64,000 bases of DNA from Eledone cirrhosa. Taxonomy: Eukaryota. The notes below the pieces were generated by a model, which saw only the letters and a program-made list of their open reading frames with translations, was not told the DNA's origin and did no database searches. The position numbers were made by a program, and so were the translations under genes. The stretch lies in contig OZ024743.1 in the NCBI GenBank assembly GCA_964016885.1, positions 37,076,001 to 37,140,000 on the forward strand, read 5' to 3'. Below are positions 41,221-55,512 of the stretch, piece after piece. Position 1 is the first letter of the stretch. Each line of letters opens with the position of its first letter.

Positions 41221-42436
41221 AAGGGTAGTGTTGGTGTTAATGTTGTTATTTTGGTTTTAACAGACACTCGTTGGTTACACAATTAAAAGTAAGACCAAAA
41301 ATAAAAATGAAATTAGTAATGGTGAGGGTGGGGAAAACTGCACTCTTGGTTGGATGACATATTTCACCTGCGTTGGACAAGATGGAGAAGGCCGGAGCAG
41401 ACCTGCCAACCTCTAAAAACGCAAATGGGGAGTGCCATGAAAAAAGTGTCCCAAAATCGGGAGAAATGAGGCAAAACAGAGGGATTTTACATAATGAAAG
41501 CTATACCCATTTTCACAAGAGAAGACATCTCTCACCCACCCCAAAGTGGGTGAGAGATCTCCCCGTGGGACGGGGAGAGTTGACCGGTTTGCCAAAGAAA
41601 ATCCAGTAATATCTGCAGTATCAACCATTTCGTCTCCTTCAGGCGTAATGCTACTATCCCAATTTACCGGGGTGAAACGACAGTCCTGGATTCGACGACA
41701 CCAGAGGACACCTTCCTCTTTATGACAAAAGGGTTTGATTTGAGAGATTTGACTATTATTTTTAGTTAGTCAAGTGACCATGTAACGGCTCCCTGGTTCA
41801 TCAAATCAGTGATTGGCTCAAGTTTGAGTGATTGAGTATGTGTGTGTTTACGATAATCGTAGAAAAGTGTACCTACCACCCACTAAATTATCAAAAATAT
41901 CTTCCATAGAAAGAACACTTCTGTATTGTGTGATAAACAAATGTCAGACAAAATGAAAAACTGATAGGCGTTCATACTTATTGAACACACAGAGAGAGCA
42001 CGTATATTCATCGTTTCATCATCCGGATATAGTTATATACTTTATCAAATCATTACACACTGAGGCATATAGACGGTAATGTGTAGATCATTAAGCAAAC
42101 ATGTGGGTGGATTTCACTGCATGGCATTTGGGCTACATGTTTACTATTATGGCGTTCGATTGACAACGCTGTGTGAGTGAATTTCGATTGAAGGAAACGT
42201 TGCGAAAGTCTATTGTGTGTGCGCGCGCGCGAGCGTGCGCGTTGTGTGTGTGTGTGTGTGAATATTTGTGTTTACATCTCTGGTGTTGGCTGTTCTTTAT
42301 ACAGTATAGCCTATCAGTTCGACAAGCAGAAATCGACAAAATATGTACTATACGGATGAAATGTTCTTGAGTTGAAATGATTAATTAAAACTTTAAAATA
42401 TGACGAAAATTAATGGAAATATTACCAAAATAAAGA

Positions 42437-42745
<309 letters not shown>

Positions 42746-43196
42746 TATATATGTATATAAATATTACAGTAAATATTAGCGAAGGTCATATAAATTTGTG
42801 CATAAATCTATTCAGCTTTTATACATATTTCTCTGGGGGTCAATGATGAGGTGATGTGATGCCCACCTAACGGAGGGCCGAGTTCATTAGATAAGATTCA
42901 GAGATAAAGACGAGCATATATTAAGAAGTGCGCTAGCAGCCGAAATGTACGATAAAATTATTGGGTTGTAACATAAATTCCTGCCGTTGTTATAAAACTT
43001 CTTAATTAAAAAACGGCAGGAATTCATGTTACAACCCAATATATATACATACAGAGTGGGGAAACGAGACTGCACCAATGTGTATATAGATATACACATA
43101 TTTAATATGTGTATATAGATATACACATATTTAATATGTAAGCATGTAAATATGACAGAAAATGTGAATTGCCCTTTAAATTGGAAAAAAAGATAA

Positions 43197-43245
43197 ACAC
43201 CTTTAATCGATTTTCGGACCTAGTTGGGCCCTCGTCAAAATGTGT
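43197..43245 (-). ncRNA. Type I hammerhead motif (U3 variant)
   Basis: acacatt-TTGACGA-gggcc caacta ggtcc-GAAA-atcgat-TA-aaggtgt, with palindromic helix III. Confidence 0.7.
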
Positions 43246-44142
43246 GTATATCATCCAAACCACCACAAGGAAACATGTGTTTGGTGGGTTTATATGTCCA
43301 TTCGTTCTTAGTATTATTCTGAAATGGACCTACTAATTAGCATATAATTAAGATATATATTAAGAAATGCGCTGGCAGTCGAGGTATACGATAAAGTTAG
43401 GTCTGTATACATATAGGGTGGGTAACCTTGACTGCACTAATGTCTATATAATATACACATATTTATTGTGTGAGTATGTGTTAATGTGTGAGTGTGTGTG
43501 GGGGGGTGTGAGGGAGAGAGAGAATGTGTGTGTGTGTGTGAGTGTGTGTGTGCGTGTGTGTGTCTGCGTGTGTGTGTGTGTGTGAGGGAAAGAGAGAATG
43601 TGTGTGTATATGTGAGTGTGTGTCTGCGTGTGTGTGTTTGCGTGTGTGAGGGAGAGAGAGAATGTGTGTGTATGTGTGCGTGTGTGTCTGCGTGTGTCTG
43701 TGTGTGTGTATGTGTGTGTAACTGTGATGCATACCTTCTCCTGTCAATAAGAGTATACGTGTATGTGTAGTAACAATATTACATAACATGTCATTTCAAA
43801 CAGAAGAGCAGCTCTTTCATTAAACAGTAATCAATATGTATAGTAGATAATGAAACGACAAGCCTGAAATTTATATCAGAAATAAAGAATAGAATGAAAC
43901 TACAGTGGAATTGGAAACAATGAAGTGGAGAATCATTACAGTGTTTCAGCTTGATTATAAGGTGAGCTACAATAAATTATATTGGTTTTGTACAGTTAAA
44001 TAAAAACACATATAATCACATGGCCAAACGTATTCTAGAGGTAAATAATTACACTGTATAACCTTTCTTAAAATTTCCTCAGCATTGTGTAATAAATATT
44101 ATGTCATGTAGAATGTGCTATATGCTGCTGTTGTTATTATTA

Positions 44143-46858
44143 TGGTGGATTGGCAGTATCGGTAAAGGGTCGGACGCCATGCTTTGACGCATAGGGCTAC
44201 GTCCCTTGCCATTCTGAGTTCAAATCCCGCCGAGGTTAACTTTGCCTTTCATCCTTACGGGGTCGATAAAATAAAGTACCAGTAATGTACTGGGTGATTG
44301 CTGGCCTTGTGCCAAAAGTAGAAAAAAAAATTATTATGGTGGATTGGCAGTATCGGTAGAGGGTCGGACGCCATGCTTTTCAGCATAGAGTTACGGCCCT
44401 TTATGGTCTGAGTTCAAGTCCCGCCGAGGTTAGCTTTGCCTTTCATCCTTACGGGGTCGATAAAATAAAGTATCAGTAATACAGTGAGATAATTGCTGGC
44501 CTTGTGCCAAAAATAGAAACAATTATATTTATTAACCGACTTTCAAATTACTGGCTTTGTGCCTATACTAGAAATCATTTACAAGGGCGGTGAATTGGCA
44601 GTAGAGGGTCGGACGCCATACTTTAGTTCAAATCCAACCAAGGTTAACTTTGCCTTTCATCCTTACAGGGTCGATAAAAAAAGTACCACTGGAATAATTG
44701 CTGGCCTTGTGCCAAAAGTAGAAACAATTGTTATGGTGGATTGGCAGTACTGATAGAGCGTCACAATTATTTATTTGTTTTACAACATATAATTACCTCC
44801 CTTTACGTTCTTTGTTCAAATCCTGCCGAGGTCGATAAAATAAAGTACCAGTCACGCACTGGGGTCGATATAATTGATTTTCCCATACCCCCAAAGAACT
44901 GTTGGCCTTGTGGCTAAACCAGATACCAATATTATTATGGAGGGTTGACAGTATCGGCAGAGCATCGGACACCATGCTTTGTGGCATAGAGTTACGCCAC
45001 TTTACGTCCTGAGTTCAAATCCCGCCGAAGTTAACCTTGCCTTTCGTCCTTACACAATCGATAAAATAAAGTACCAGTAATACACTGGGGTCAATTTAAT
45101 CAACTTTCCCTTCTCCCCTAAAATTGTTGGCCTTGTGCCTAAATCAGAGATCCTTATTATCATGGTGGATTTCTAGTATCAGCAGATCGTTGGACAACAT
45201 GCTTAGTGACATGTAGTTACGTCCCTTTACGCTCCGTGTTCAAATCCCACCGAGATTAGTTTTGCTTTTCATCCTTACGGGGTCGATAAAATAAAGTACC
45301 AGTAATACACTGGGGTCGATTTAATCAACTTTCTCCTCCCAAACATTATTGATCTCGTGCCTAATTCAGAAACCATTATTATGGTGTTTGTCAGGGTGGT
45401 GGATTGGCAGTATCGGTAGAGAGTCGGACGCCATGCTTTGCAGCATAGGGTTACGGCCCTTTACGGTCTAAGTTCAAATCCCGCCGAGGTTAACTTTGCC
45501 TTTCATCCTTACGGGGTCGATCAAATAAAGTACCATTAATGCACTGGGATAATTGCTGGCCTTGTGCTAAAAGCAGAAACAATTATTCAAGAACAAATGA
45601 AAAGAAACGGAATATAGAATTGTAGATTTCAATAAACGGAAAGGGCTTCCATTGGAGGAGAAATAGTTAGCCAACGCATGGCAGGCTGTACACTCCATCC
45701 GATCAATTCAGTTACATCTGTTCGCGTTGCGAGTTGAAACCGTTTCGTGGTCGACGATATATAATGAATTGTTACCAATCATATATTGTAGCACGGTACA
45801 TAGGAAATTGATACTTAACTCCCACCAAAGTATGTGGATAGTACTAATGTCTGGAATATTGCTCTTCATCGTAATAATTTCAGAGATCATAGAACGTCGG
45901 ACACCCTGCTTCACAGCAAAGAGTTACGGCCCTTTATCGTTTGAATTCAAATCCCGCCGAGGTTAACTTTGCCTTTCATGAAAGGCAAAGTTAAGGATGA
46001 AAGGCCTTGTGCCAAAAGTAGAAACAATTGTTATCAGCAGTTAGTGGGTGGTGAGTTGGCCGTATCTTTAGAGCGGGGGACACCATGCTTCGCACCATCT
46101 TAGCTTTGCCTTTCCTTCTTACGGGGTCAATAAAATAAAGTACCAGTAATGAACTGAGGTCGATTTAATCGATTTTCCCCTCCCCCAAAATTGTTGGTTT
46201 TATGCCTAAATCGGAGACCCTTACGGAGTCGATAAAATAAAGTACCAGTAATACACTGGGATAATTGCTGGCCTTGTGCCAGTAGAAACAATTATTATCA
46301 TTAACTGTAAGAACTGTTGAGTGGCAGAGTTGGGAGAACATTGGACAACTGTTTGGCAGTATTTGATCGAGCCTTTTACTTTCTGAATTCAAACTCGTTG
46401 AGGTTAACTTTGCCTTTCATCCTTTTGAGGTCGATAAAATAAAGTACCTGTCATGTATTGATCATGTTCTGGAGTCGATTCAATCGATTTTTCTCAGATA
46501 TATCAAGCATTCTCATAATATCAAGCATTTTCATCACTCTCGTCATCACCACCCTCACAGTCCATATCTTCGTTATCAACAACATAACTACAACCATCGT
46601 CACCATCCTCTTCATTCATCACCATCATCACTATTGTCATCATATTAATTGAAAAGTATATATATAAGGGCGGTGGATTGGCAGTATCGGTAGAGGGTCG
46701 GACGCCATGCTTTGCAGCGAAATGTTACGTCCCTTTACGGTCTGAGTTCAAATCCCGCCGAGGTTAACTTTGCCTTTCATCCTTACGGGGTCGATAAAAT
46801 AAAGTACCAGTAATACACTGGGATAACTGCTGGCTTTGTGCCAAAAGTAGAAACAATT
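44143..46858 (+). mobile_element. Mostly head-to-tail array of roughly a dozen full and partial family-1 SINEs
   Basis: Starts at ~44143, 44336, 44585, 44734, 44937, 45162, 45395, 45890, 46045, 46320 and 46668, all in the same orientation and often joined at TTATTAT. Confidence 0.9.
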
Positions 46859-48774
46859 AATTGAAAAGTATATTCACCAAACCCCAGTTTAATTCACCGT
46901 AAACACCGCCCGCCTTCCATCTACGTAATGTTTTCTGTTATAATGGAATTGGTCTTTTCTTTTGACCTTTCCAGTGACCACTAACATATATCTTCCAGGC
47001 TGTTTATTTCCTAACAACTGCTGCTATTAACTCACTACAAACCTCTCTTATTTCCATTAAAACAACCAGGAAGGAGAAACACCGCCCACCGGGTGGTCAC
47101 CCGGAGTATGGTGTTTCTCTTAATAGATATAATAATAGGTATTTGGTAAAGTATATAAATAAATATAACATTAGCCAAACTAAATAGAAATAATTTTATA
47201 TTTCAGATTTTACCTGCAGACAGAAGCTTTGAAAGAGTAGATTTATGGTAGAACTTTTAATTAAATTATAGTCGAAACACGACTTTAATATATTAATAAA
47301 TAAAAAGAGTGGTTTTAGGAAGCCAATCTACATCCACGATACATCAACAAGGAAGAATGCACCTCCGTCGGTTTCGACGATGGATGTTCCAGTTCTTGGA
47401 TCAATGAAATTAACGTGTTAGTGGCTGAGCATTTTACAGACATGTGTACCTTTAGCATAATTCTCAGGGAGATTCGGTGCGACCCACTGTGCGATAAGTT
47501 CGGTCGTTCGAAATATAGTTACAGTCCATACGACAGACTTTCTAGCAGTTTCCATCTTCCGATTTTCATCCATACGGCTTGCGTCGACCCCATGTTGTGA
47601 CACTTGCCGAAAATGCTTCACAGTAAGATCGAACCCGAGACACGATGAATGCGAACCGAATTTCTTATTCACTTGGCTATGCTGAGTCGACTTTATTAAA
47701 TAATTGTTTCTACTTTAGGCACAAGGCCAGCAATTACCCAGTGCATTACTGGTACTTTATTTTATCGACCCCGTAAGGATGAAAGGCAAAGTCAACCTCG
47801 GCGGGATTTGAACTCAGATCGTAAAGGGACGTAACTATGCTGGAAAGCATGGCGTCCGACCCTCTACCGATACTGCCAATCCACCGACTTTATTGAATAA
47901 TACAAGGGTAAACGGATGTGAGAAAGAAGTGAATGAGCTTAAGGGTGAAGACAGGAAATAGATGATGACAGACCTGCCAACCTCTAAAAGCCCAAACGGG
48001 GAGTACCATGAAAAAAAGGGCCCTAAAACGGGGAGAAATGAGGCAAAATGAGATTTTACATAATGAAAGCTATACCCATTTTCACAAGAGAAGACATCTC
48101 TCATTCACTCCAAAGTGGTTGGGAGATCTCCCTGTCGGACGGGGATAGTTGACAGGTCTGTAATGAGGACATCGTAGTAAATGGGAGATGTAGAGGTTAA
48201 AGTGTGAGAGTTGAGTTGACTATATTATAATGTACTAAAAATTGTGTGTTTCCAGGAATTATATCTTGGTTTCATTTAATAGGCTACATCCGAATCAGCA
48301 ACTATTTCCGAGAACGGAGGAGTGGGGGGTGCGCGCAAAGAGAAAATCCGGGAGTTTTTTTTTTTACTTTTGTTTACTTTTTCACAAGGAGGGTTATAAA
48401 CTATATTTATACCTACATTAAACTTATCTTAGATTTTTTTTATATACCAAGTGTTGAGTGAATTTTTATCATATGATTAATTGCATCGCTGACAAATGGT
48501 CACAAATACACACCATACAACTTAGATTGATAATTTCAGTTATGATATGTGTTTATTATAAATAGCGTTTGACTATAAATTCTTTTCGTGGACGGAAAGA
48601 CAATGGTACTTGTCTTCTGATTATTGGTGAAAGAGCCGAGTAACTTTTACTGGCAACCTCTTAAGTATTTTTGTGTACGAAGTTAATAACAGGGTGTTTT
48701 ACAAACACGAGTTTTCGTTTTCCCAATGAGCTTTTGAAACTATGAATATATATATATGTGTGTTTTGGGGGTTG

Positions 48775-48865
<91 letters not shown>

Positions 48866-48880
48866 ATATATATAGATATA

Positions 48881-48962
48881 TACAGGATATCCCCCAAAAA
48901 TGTACAAACACTTCAACAGCATTGTAATCAAAGTATGTATTTATTTTTGAGGACATCCTGTA
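48881..48962. mobile_element. Tiny Tc1/mariner-like MITE
   Basis: TA-CAGGATATCCCCCAAAAA ... TTTTTGAGGACATCCTG-TA; related fragment at ~11058-11100. Confidence 0.65.
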
Positions 48963-48972
48963 TATATATATG

Positions 48973-49018
<46 letters not shown>

Positions 49019-49022
<4 letters not shown>

Positions 49023-49475
49023 GAAATTTCGCATTTCGTAAGAAATACGATTTTAGGAAGCCATAGCTATGTCAACACCGGGGGGGGGGGGGGGGCTTGA
49101 AGCAAAATCCTATTTCTTTTCTATTATAAGTTGAGCCAACTTATGCAGCTTCATATGCAAATGAGATTAATCACTTCATTTACACAGACGAGAAAACTAT
49201 ATATTCTCAGCTGTTTTCAAGTCCAGCAGTCGCAGAGCAGTGGGAGGGATCGTCCTGACGATGGCCAATCAACCCTGAAATGCATAGATGGTTGTCCCCC
49301 TTGCTTCTGCTGGACAACACCAGAGAGTGTTACACCCCCCCCCCCCCCCACACACACACACACACCCTGGTGTTCGCATAGCTACGGCTTCCTAAAATCG
49401 TATTTCTTTCGAAATACGAAATTTCTATACATATTTATAAAGCTATGCTTGAAGCGAAATCCTATTTCTTTTATA
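49019..49475 (+). mobile_element. Inverted-repeat-bounded insert containing a hammerhead motif
   Basis: Inverted arms at 49019-49083 and 49365-49429. HHR tcgtc-CTGACGA-..-GAAA-tgca-TA-gatgg at 49250-49291. Direct repeat at 49095-49120 / 49447-49472. Confidence 0.7.
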
Positions 49476-49496
49476 TATTTATATATTTATATATTT

Positions 49497-49548
<52 letters not shown>

Positions 49549-50194
49549 CCACTTAAAGAGTTGCAAGTCAAAAGGTGATGAGAAGTGATTTGATAATGAT
49601 TTTGGCTGCTATTTCTTGCAAGTTGGGCGTATTCTATCTTTTATCAAAGATGGAGAACTATTATTGCAACGTTAATATGTATTTTATTTTAATTGGAATT
49701 TTTTTCAGCAGTTGCAGTGATGGTGGCTGTATACGTGGCACTGGTGTTAGTGATGGTGGCGCGGTGCTGGTACTGTGGCGGCGTTCTAATGGGGTTGGCA
49801 ATGGTGGTGTTGGTGATTGGATGGCAATGGTGATGGCGGCGAAAAGACTTTAATGGAATTTTTTTTTCTTTAATAGCGATGTTGAAATCATATTACAGTA
49901 TAGTGAACTTGACATTTTAGCTTTGATTCTTTTGTTTCGTGGTCTGATAATACATCATTGATTTAGTGAAGGTTTTTGGCTTTATATTATTAAGTGGATC
50001 TTATAGAGTTCTTTTGTAACTGTTGCTACTGCTGCTGTTGCTTCTACTACTGCTGCTGCTGTTGTTGTTAATGGGATTAATGTCAGAAATGTTGTATCAT
50101 TTTAGTAGCAAGCTTTCTCTATCTCGCTCACTCTACGACTTTTTATCGAACACTCTCCCACTACATCTGTTGCTTATAACAACAATCAATGATA

Positions 50195-51590
50195 ATATTA
50201 ACCACAAAAGGGTTTACAAAAAAATACATTAAGGACATCACAGGGTGGTACAGGTCGGTACAAATATGGGTTTCTGCGTGTAAATAAACAAAACAAAAAG
50301 ATACAAAAACAAAAAAAAATGTAACAAAAAATGGAAACAGAAAAAATCACCAATAGGGGGTTACTCGTGGAGAAAGCCCATAAAAGCCACGGTCAGCCAT
50401 ACCGCTAGAGGAAGCACGCTCTCCCAGTTGTCCTCATTCAATACTACAGGCACACGCTCATGGCAGGCCCATTTTAACGGGCCAGTCTGGCTTCTCTCAT
50501 CCACCTTTCAACAAACTGGTTGGAAGGCAGCACTTCCCTCTTCACCTTGATTTTCCTTTTCAGGTGAAATATGAAAATCTTAATGAGAGCATCGCCGAAG
50601 AGGAAAGTGCTCGTCTTCGACCCTTTCAGACGCATCCACCATACGGCCTCTTTCACCATGGCCACCAAATAGATAAAACTGCCTGCCCTTCCTGGTTAAA
50701 GGAGGGCGGCGCGGCAATCTTCATGATTCAAGATAGGGACCAAAGTACAATCCGCGATCCAGTCCACCACTGCTGCCAAACAGTTGAGCGAAGTGCTGCT
50801 GAAAGGCCGCAACCAACTGCTCGGGATCGACTAACATGCACCCGAAGTGGTGCACCAAAGACCGGATCGGGGCTTTGTTGCCACGCTGTGCCTCCACCAC
50901 CCGGAGCCATTGAATGGATTTCGTCCCCCCGTGTCTTAGTGCGCTCGCTCTAGGTCTGACAACGCAATATTCGTGCTTAACGTTGAAGAATTGGTCGAGG
51001 GCCAATCTTGTTGCTTGCACGTCGGTCGCAAAGCATTTTCTAAGCACCCCGTCTAGTTTTCTAACTAGTTCTCCCTGTTGTCTATTCTTTTCTATCACTA
51101 TACCCTTGCTAAACCTAACGGGTTCTACTTTGATCACCCTTTTCAGGGCGAACCACCATTTGTTGTTGTCGATTGCTCCCATCAACGCCCGCTTAACTAA
51201 TTCGCTAATCCTGTCTCTGTAGGCTGTGCGCGCCGGGGGCGACGTGTTCAACTTCTACTACCCGAATCCCTGTAAACTATTTATGTGTACTACGTAGATC
51301 ACAAATGTGTGGTCTGTATAGCTGATAACCTTGAAATATGGGCATACTATGCTAGATGTATCTATATTCCTACAGAATACCATAAGTAGATACGATCTGG
51401 ATAACCCGATGTGGTTTGTTCATGTCCACATTGGAACATTCGGGAAATCCAGACGGTACCTGTCAGACAGTTGGAAAGGTTTGAACAGGTTTGCCAGGCT
51501 TTTACGCCTGCCTCTCCTATCCGCTAGCCTTACACAGTCTCAGCATGTGAATGGGCCTGCCCTGAGCATATGCCTGTGGTGTTGAAGGAG
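50195..51590 (-). mobile_element. Tx1-clade LINE with a large internal deletion (endonuclease/linker joined to the 3' end)
   Basis: 50721-51251 reads WWFALKRVIK..VVRPRA; 50474-50720 reads MVKEAVWWMRLK..ERWMREARL. The RT domain is absent. Confidence 0.8.
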
Positions 51591-52030
51591 GATTACTGGG
51601 AGAGGGCGCTTGCTCTAGCAGTCAAGGTGGCCGTGGCTTTTGTGGGCGTTCTACACGAGTAACCCTCGGTGGTCTCCTCCCAATTGGGGATTTTTCCTTT
51701 GTTTCCATTTTTTGTTACATCTTTTGCTGATGTTGTTTCTGTTGTATTGATAGTACTTTTAGTAATATGTGTGCAGTGCCTAGTAATATCTTTTGTATGT
51801 TGTATATATTTGTAAGTCCTGGGGTTTCGGCTATGTATTTGTCTCTGTTTTTTTATCATTCTTAGAGCACCTATTATTATAGGTATTGTTTCTGTTTTCA
51901 TTTACCACATTCGAGTTATTTCTATCTCTAGATCTTATATTTGAAGAGTGTCTCTATTTCCTTGTCATCTATGGGGATAGATACATCTATTAGAAGGCAT
52001 TTTATTTTATTTGTGGTCTTTAAGTATAAT
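51591..52030. mobile_element. Tx1 3' UTR piece (+, ~51591-51720) followed by an R4/Dong RLE fragment (-, ~51735-52030)
   Basis: The UTR is similar to the reverse complement of 50330-50430. The minus strand gives CLLIDVSIP and MKTETIPIIIGAL. Confidence 0.7.
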
Positions 52031-53121
52031 TATTATTAACCGACCAGAGATGTGCAAATCACATTTTAATAGGTCGACTGTTATTTAGATAAAATGACGC
52101 GCTCAACAACAAGATAAATGGCGCAAGCCGAAGCATTATAGAATATTAAATAGATTGAAGGTCATATGCTGTTGTATTTAGATTTATTTTCATCTCCATG
52201 ATACATATTTCGCTGAGGTTGACGGCTAGGTAAGGTTTATTACTACCCATTTCACCAGCCTGAGCTCCTCAGATGGAAAAAAATCTTTAAACAATTTCAC
52301 ACAACTTAAACATTTTTAAATTCTGCTTATATTAAGAACATGTACTCATCATGAGGGATTCTCAGCAATAGTGTGACTTAACATTTGAAATGATTTTGAG
52401 GGTTCTAGTTACGTTCTGTTCATTCTTAGGGAGGAGTTATATAGTATTTTCTCGATATGCTTAGTAAATGTGTGTGTTTTTCTGATATTGAAGGCGAAAA
52501 GATTGTTTGTTGACAGAGACGCCGATAAGAAGGTGAAAAGCTAAAATAAAGGTTTTGGGAGTCAATGACCCGAAAATAAATGTCTGGAAATCCCCGGAAA
52601 TCATATACCTTAATTTGGCACACCGGAAATTTTACATCTGCATGATTTCAATCTCTGCTTCAAATGCAAACATTCGACCGACTAGTTTCGTATTGCAGAT
52701 CTGTTCCAGCAAATATAACGACAACAACAAAGACAACAACGACAACAGCAACAGCTGTTACAATAATATTTAAATTGCTTTTATTTAAATGAAAGGAGCT
52801 GAAAATCAGAACTAGTTCTATGTCAAGAAAGGAAATAATATAAATCACTATATATCTACGATAGAAACTGCCTGTTAAATCTGAAGTGATGGTTTTATGT
52901 TAGCATCTGCTATTCTACTTCTATCTTAAATATGTTCTCGGTGTCTGTTACACTAGACTGGAGATAAATCTACAAGAATTATAGCAATTGTTCCGACAAT
53001 AATATCTTTCTCTCAAAACTCACAAACCCAATTCTAACAAGACAACAAGCACTACAAACACCACCAACACCAACAACTTTTACTTCATTCGACACCTTTC
53101 ATATTATGTTTCTTCTGTCTT

Positions 53122-53322
<201 letters not shown>

Positions 53323-54815
53323 CCATACATACATATGTATGTTTATATGTATCTATAAACCTCATCTATTAATCATTTCTTGTGATTGATAATGTACATA
53401 GAGAGATTTCCTATTATATAAGAAAGTACAAAAGAAAGATAAAACAAAAGAAAGAAGAAAGAAAGGAAAACAAAGAAAGAAAGAAAGAAAAAAACCCCAA
53501 CTATAAATGAATGATACCGATGCAAAAAAATACACCATTTCCATTTCTTACGAATATATATATATATATATATATAGTTTTAATCCTTTTTCCATTCTGC
53601 TTATCTCTTAACTATTCCGCTTAAGTTGAGCTTCTTGAAGCAGACAAAATATTTCATCTGGTTTTTGTGCTGTTGGGTATTTTCTCGAATGGAATGGACC
53701 TTCGTCGGTTTCTACGATAAGTATTCCAGTTGTTCGATCAATGGAACAGCTTGCTCATGAAATTAAGGTGACTGGGCATTCCACAGATATGTTTACCTTT
53801 AGTGTAATTCTCAGGGAGATTCAACATGACAATATGTGATTAGAAAAGCCGTTTGAATGAAAGATACAATCAATCCGTCGTGTTTTCTAACCGTATCTGT
53901 TAAACGAATTTTTCTTATTTGGCCGAGGTCAACGCGAAGCTATGATAAATGCCCTTTTTCCAAGAACCCTGGTATATTTTGATTGCAAGACGAACTTCTT
54001 GCTCTCTGCTCTTTGTTTCAATGGGATTTGCTTATGGATGCCGAATATTGGGTTAAAATGCGGTCCAATAAGGTCCTGATTAATCATTAACTCTTTCGTT
54101 TCCATATTTCTAATGAAAGACACAGCTTATGATCTTCAAATAATTTCAAAGTCTCTACCCTCTTAAAATGTATGGTATTGTACTAACGTTTGAAATCAAT
54201 AAACTCCTTTAGCGCAAAGCGGCAAATTTTCAGAATCGTTAAACCCGTCATTATCATATTTTTTAATGAAATTCTGCCAATTATTTTCAAGTAATTTTGA
54301 AAATAATAAAGACTTTGAATGGATTGAATGAAATAAATAACTTAGTAAAATAACAAAGTTGGTGTTTTGAGCATAACTTAACAGAGGTTCTTATGTAACA
54401 TTAAGGTAGGATTTTAGATAAATATAAACACTTTGGAACAAATATTTTTTATTGTAGTATCAGTTACGGTTTCTGGTGATTTGGTATCAAAACGATTAAA
54501 TAATTGTTTCTACTTTTGGCACAAGGCCAGCAATAACTCCAGTGCATTACTGGTACTTTATTTTATCGAACCCGTAAAGATGTGATTTGAACTCAGAAAG
54601 GGTCATAATTCTATGCTGCAAAGTATGGTGTCTGACGCTCTACCGATTGTGCCAAGCATGTAGGCATTAGGGAAAGAAGGCACCAAAAAGACTGCTTCTT
54701 TTTCCTTTTTTCCAGACTCAGATATGTCACTGTTCAAATGGCAGTTTTGTTTTTAATGAATGGAAATAGTGTTGAAAATTAGAATTTTTCCTGTTACCCT
54801 ACTTATAAGTATATA

Positions 54816-55135
54816 AAGACGCAGGCATGGCTGTGTGTGCTTCGCAACCAAGCGATTTCGGGTACAACTCCATTGCGTGGCACCATGGGTAAGTGACTTC
54901 TACTATAACCTCGGGTTGATTAATACCTTGTGAGTAAAATTTGGTAAACGGAAACTATGCTTAAGCCCCTTGTATAGATGCATATATGTATATATGTGTG
55001 TTTCAGCATTTGTGTTTACTTATCGCTTCGACAAAAAGAAATCAATAAAATATGTACCTGGTTTTAAAAAACTAAGTATTTAGGTCGATATGATCGACTA
55101 AATCCGTTGAAGGCGATACCCTAGCATGGCCACCA
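54816..55135 (+). mobile_element. tRNA-derived SINE family 3, decayed
   Basis: GCAGGCATGGCTGTGTG..TGCGTGGCACC..CTTGTGAGT..GGTAAACGGAAAC; related piece at ~47510-47680 (-). Confidence 0.6.
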
Positions 55136-55476
55136 TAAAGGAACAAAAACTACTGATATTTAGCACTAAATAAATAAAATAAAACTAAGGTTAAATTTAA
55201 CCCTTTGGATACCAAACCGTCTGAAACCACAGCTGATTCTATTATACTAAACTGCTTATTTTAAAATGTTTATATTTATCTAAAAAAAACTTCCATCATA
55301 ATTTTATATAAGAACCTTTGTTATGTTATGTTCCATACACCAGCTTAATAATGAGAAAATTAGTTATATTTCTAAATCCCTAATTCCCAATTCTTGGCTA
55401 TTTTCAAAATTATTTGTAAATGTTAGGCCGTCTTTCATTTGTAATATGGTGTGCGTGTGTGTGAGAGAGAGAGAGA

Positions 55477-55512
<36 letters not shown>

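Noticed and set aside
44143-46858. Repeat array superficially CRISPR-like or tRNA-cluster-like
   Set aside because: Units are ~190-bp SINEs with no unique spacers, no cas genes and no intact cloverleaf.
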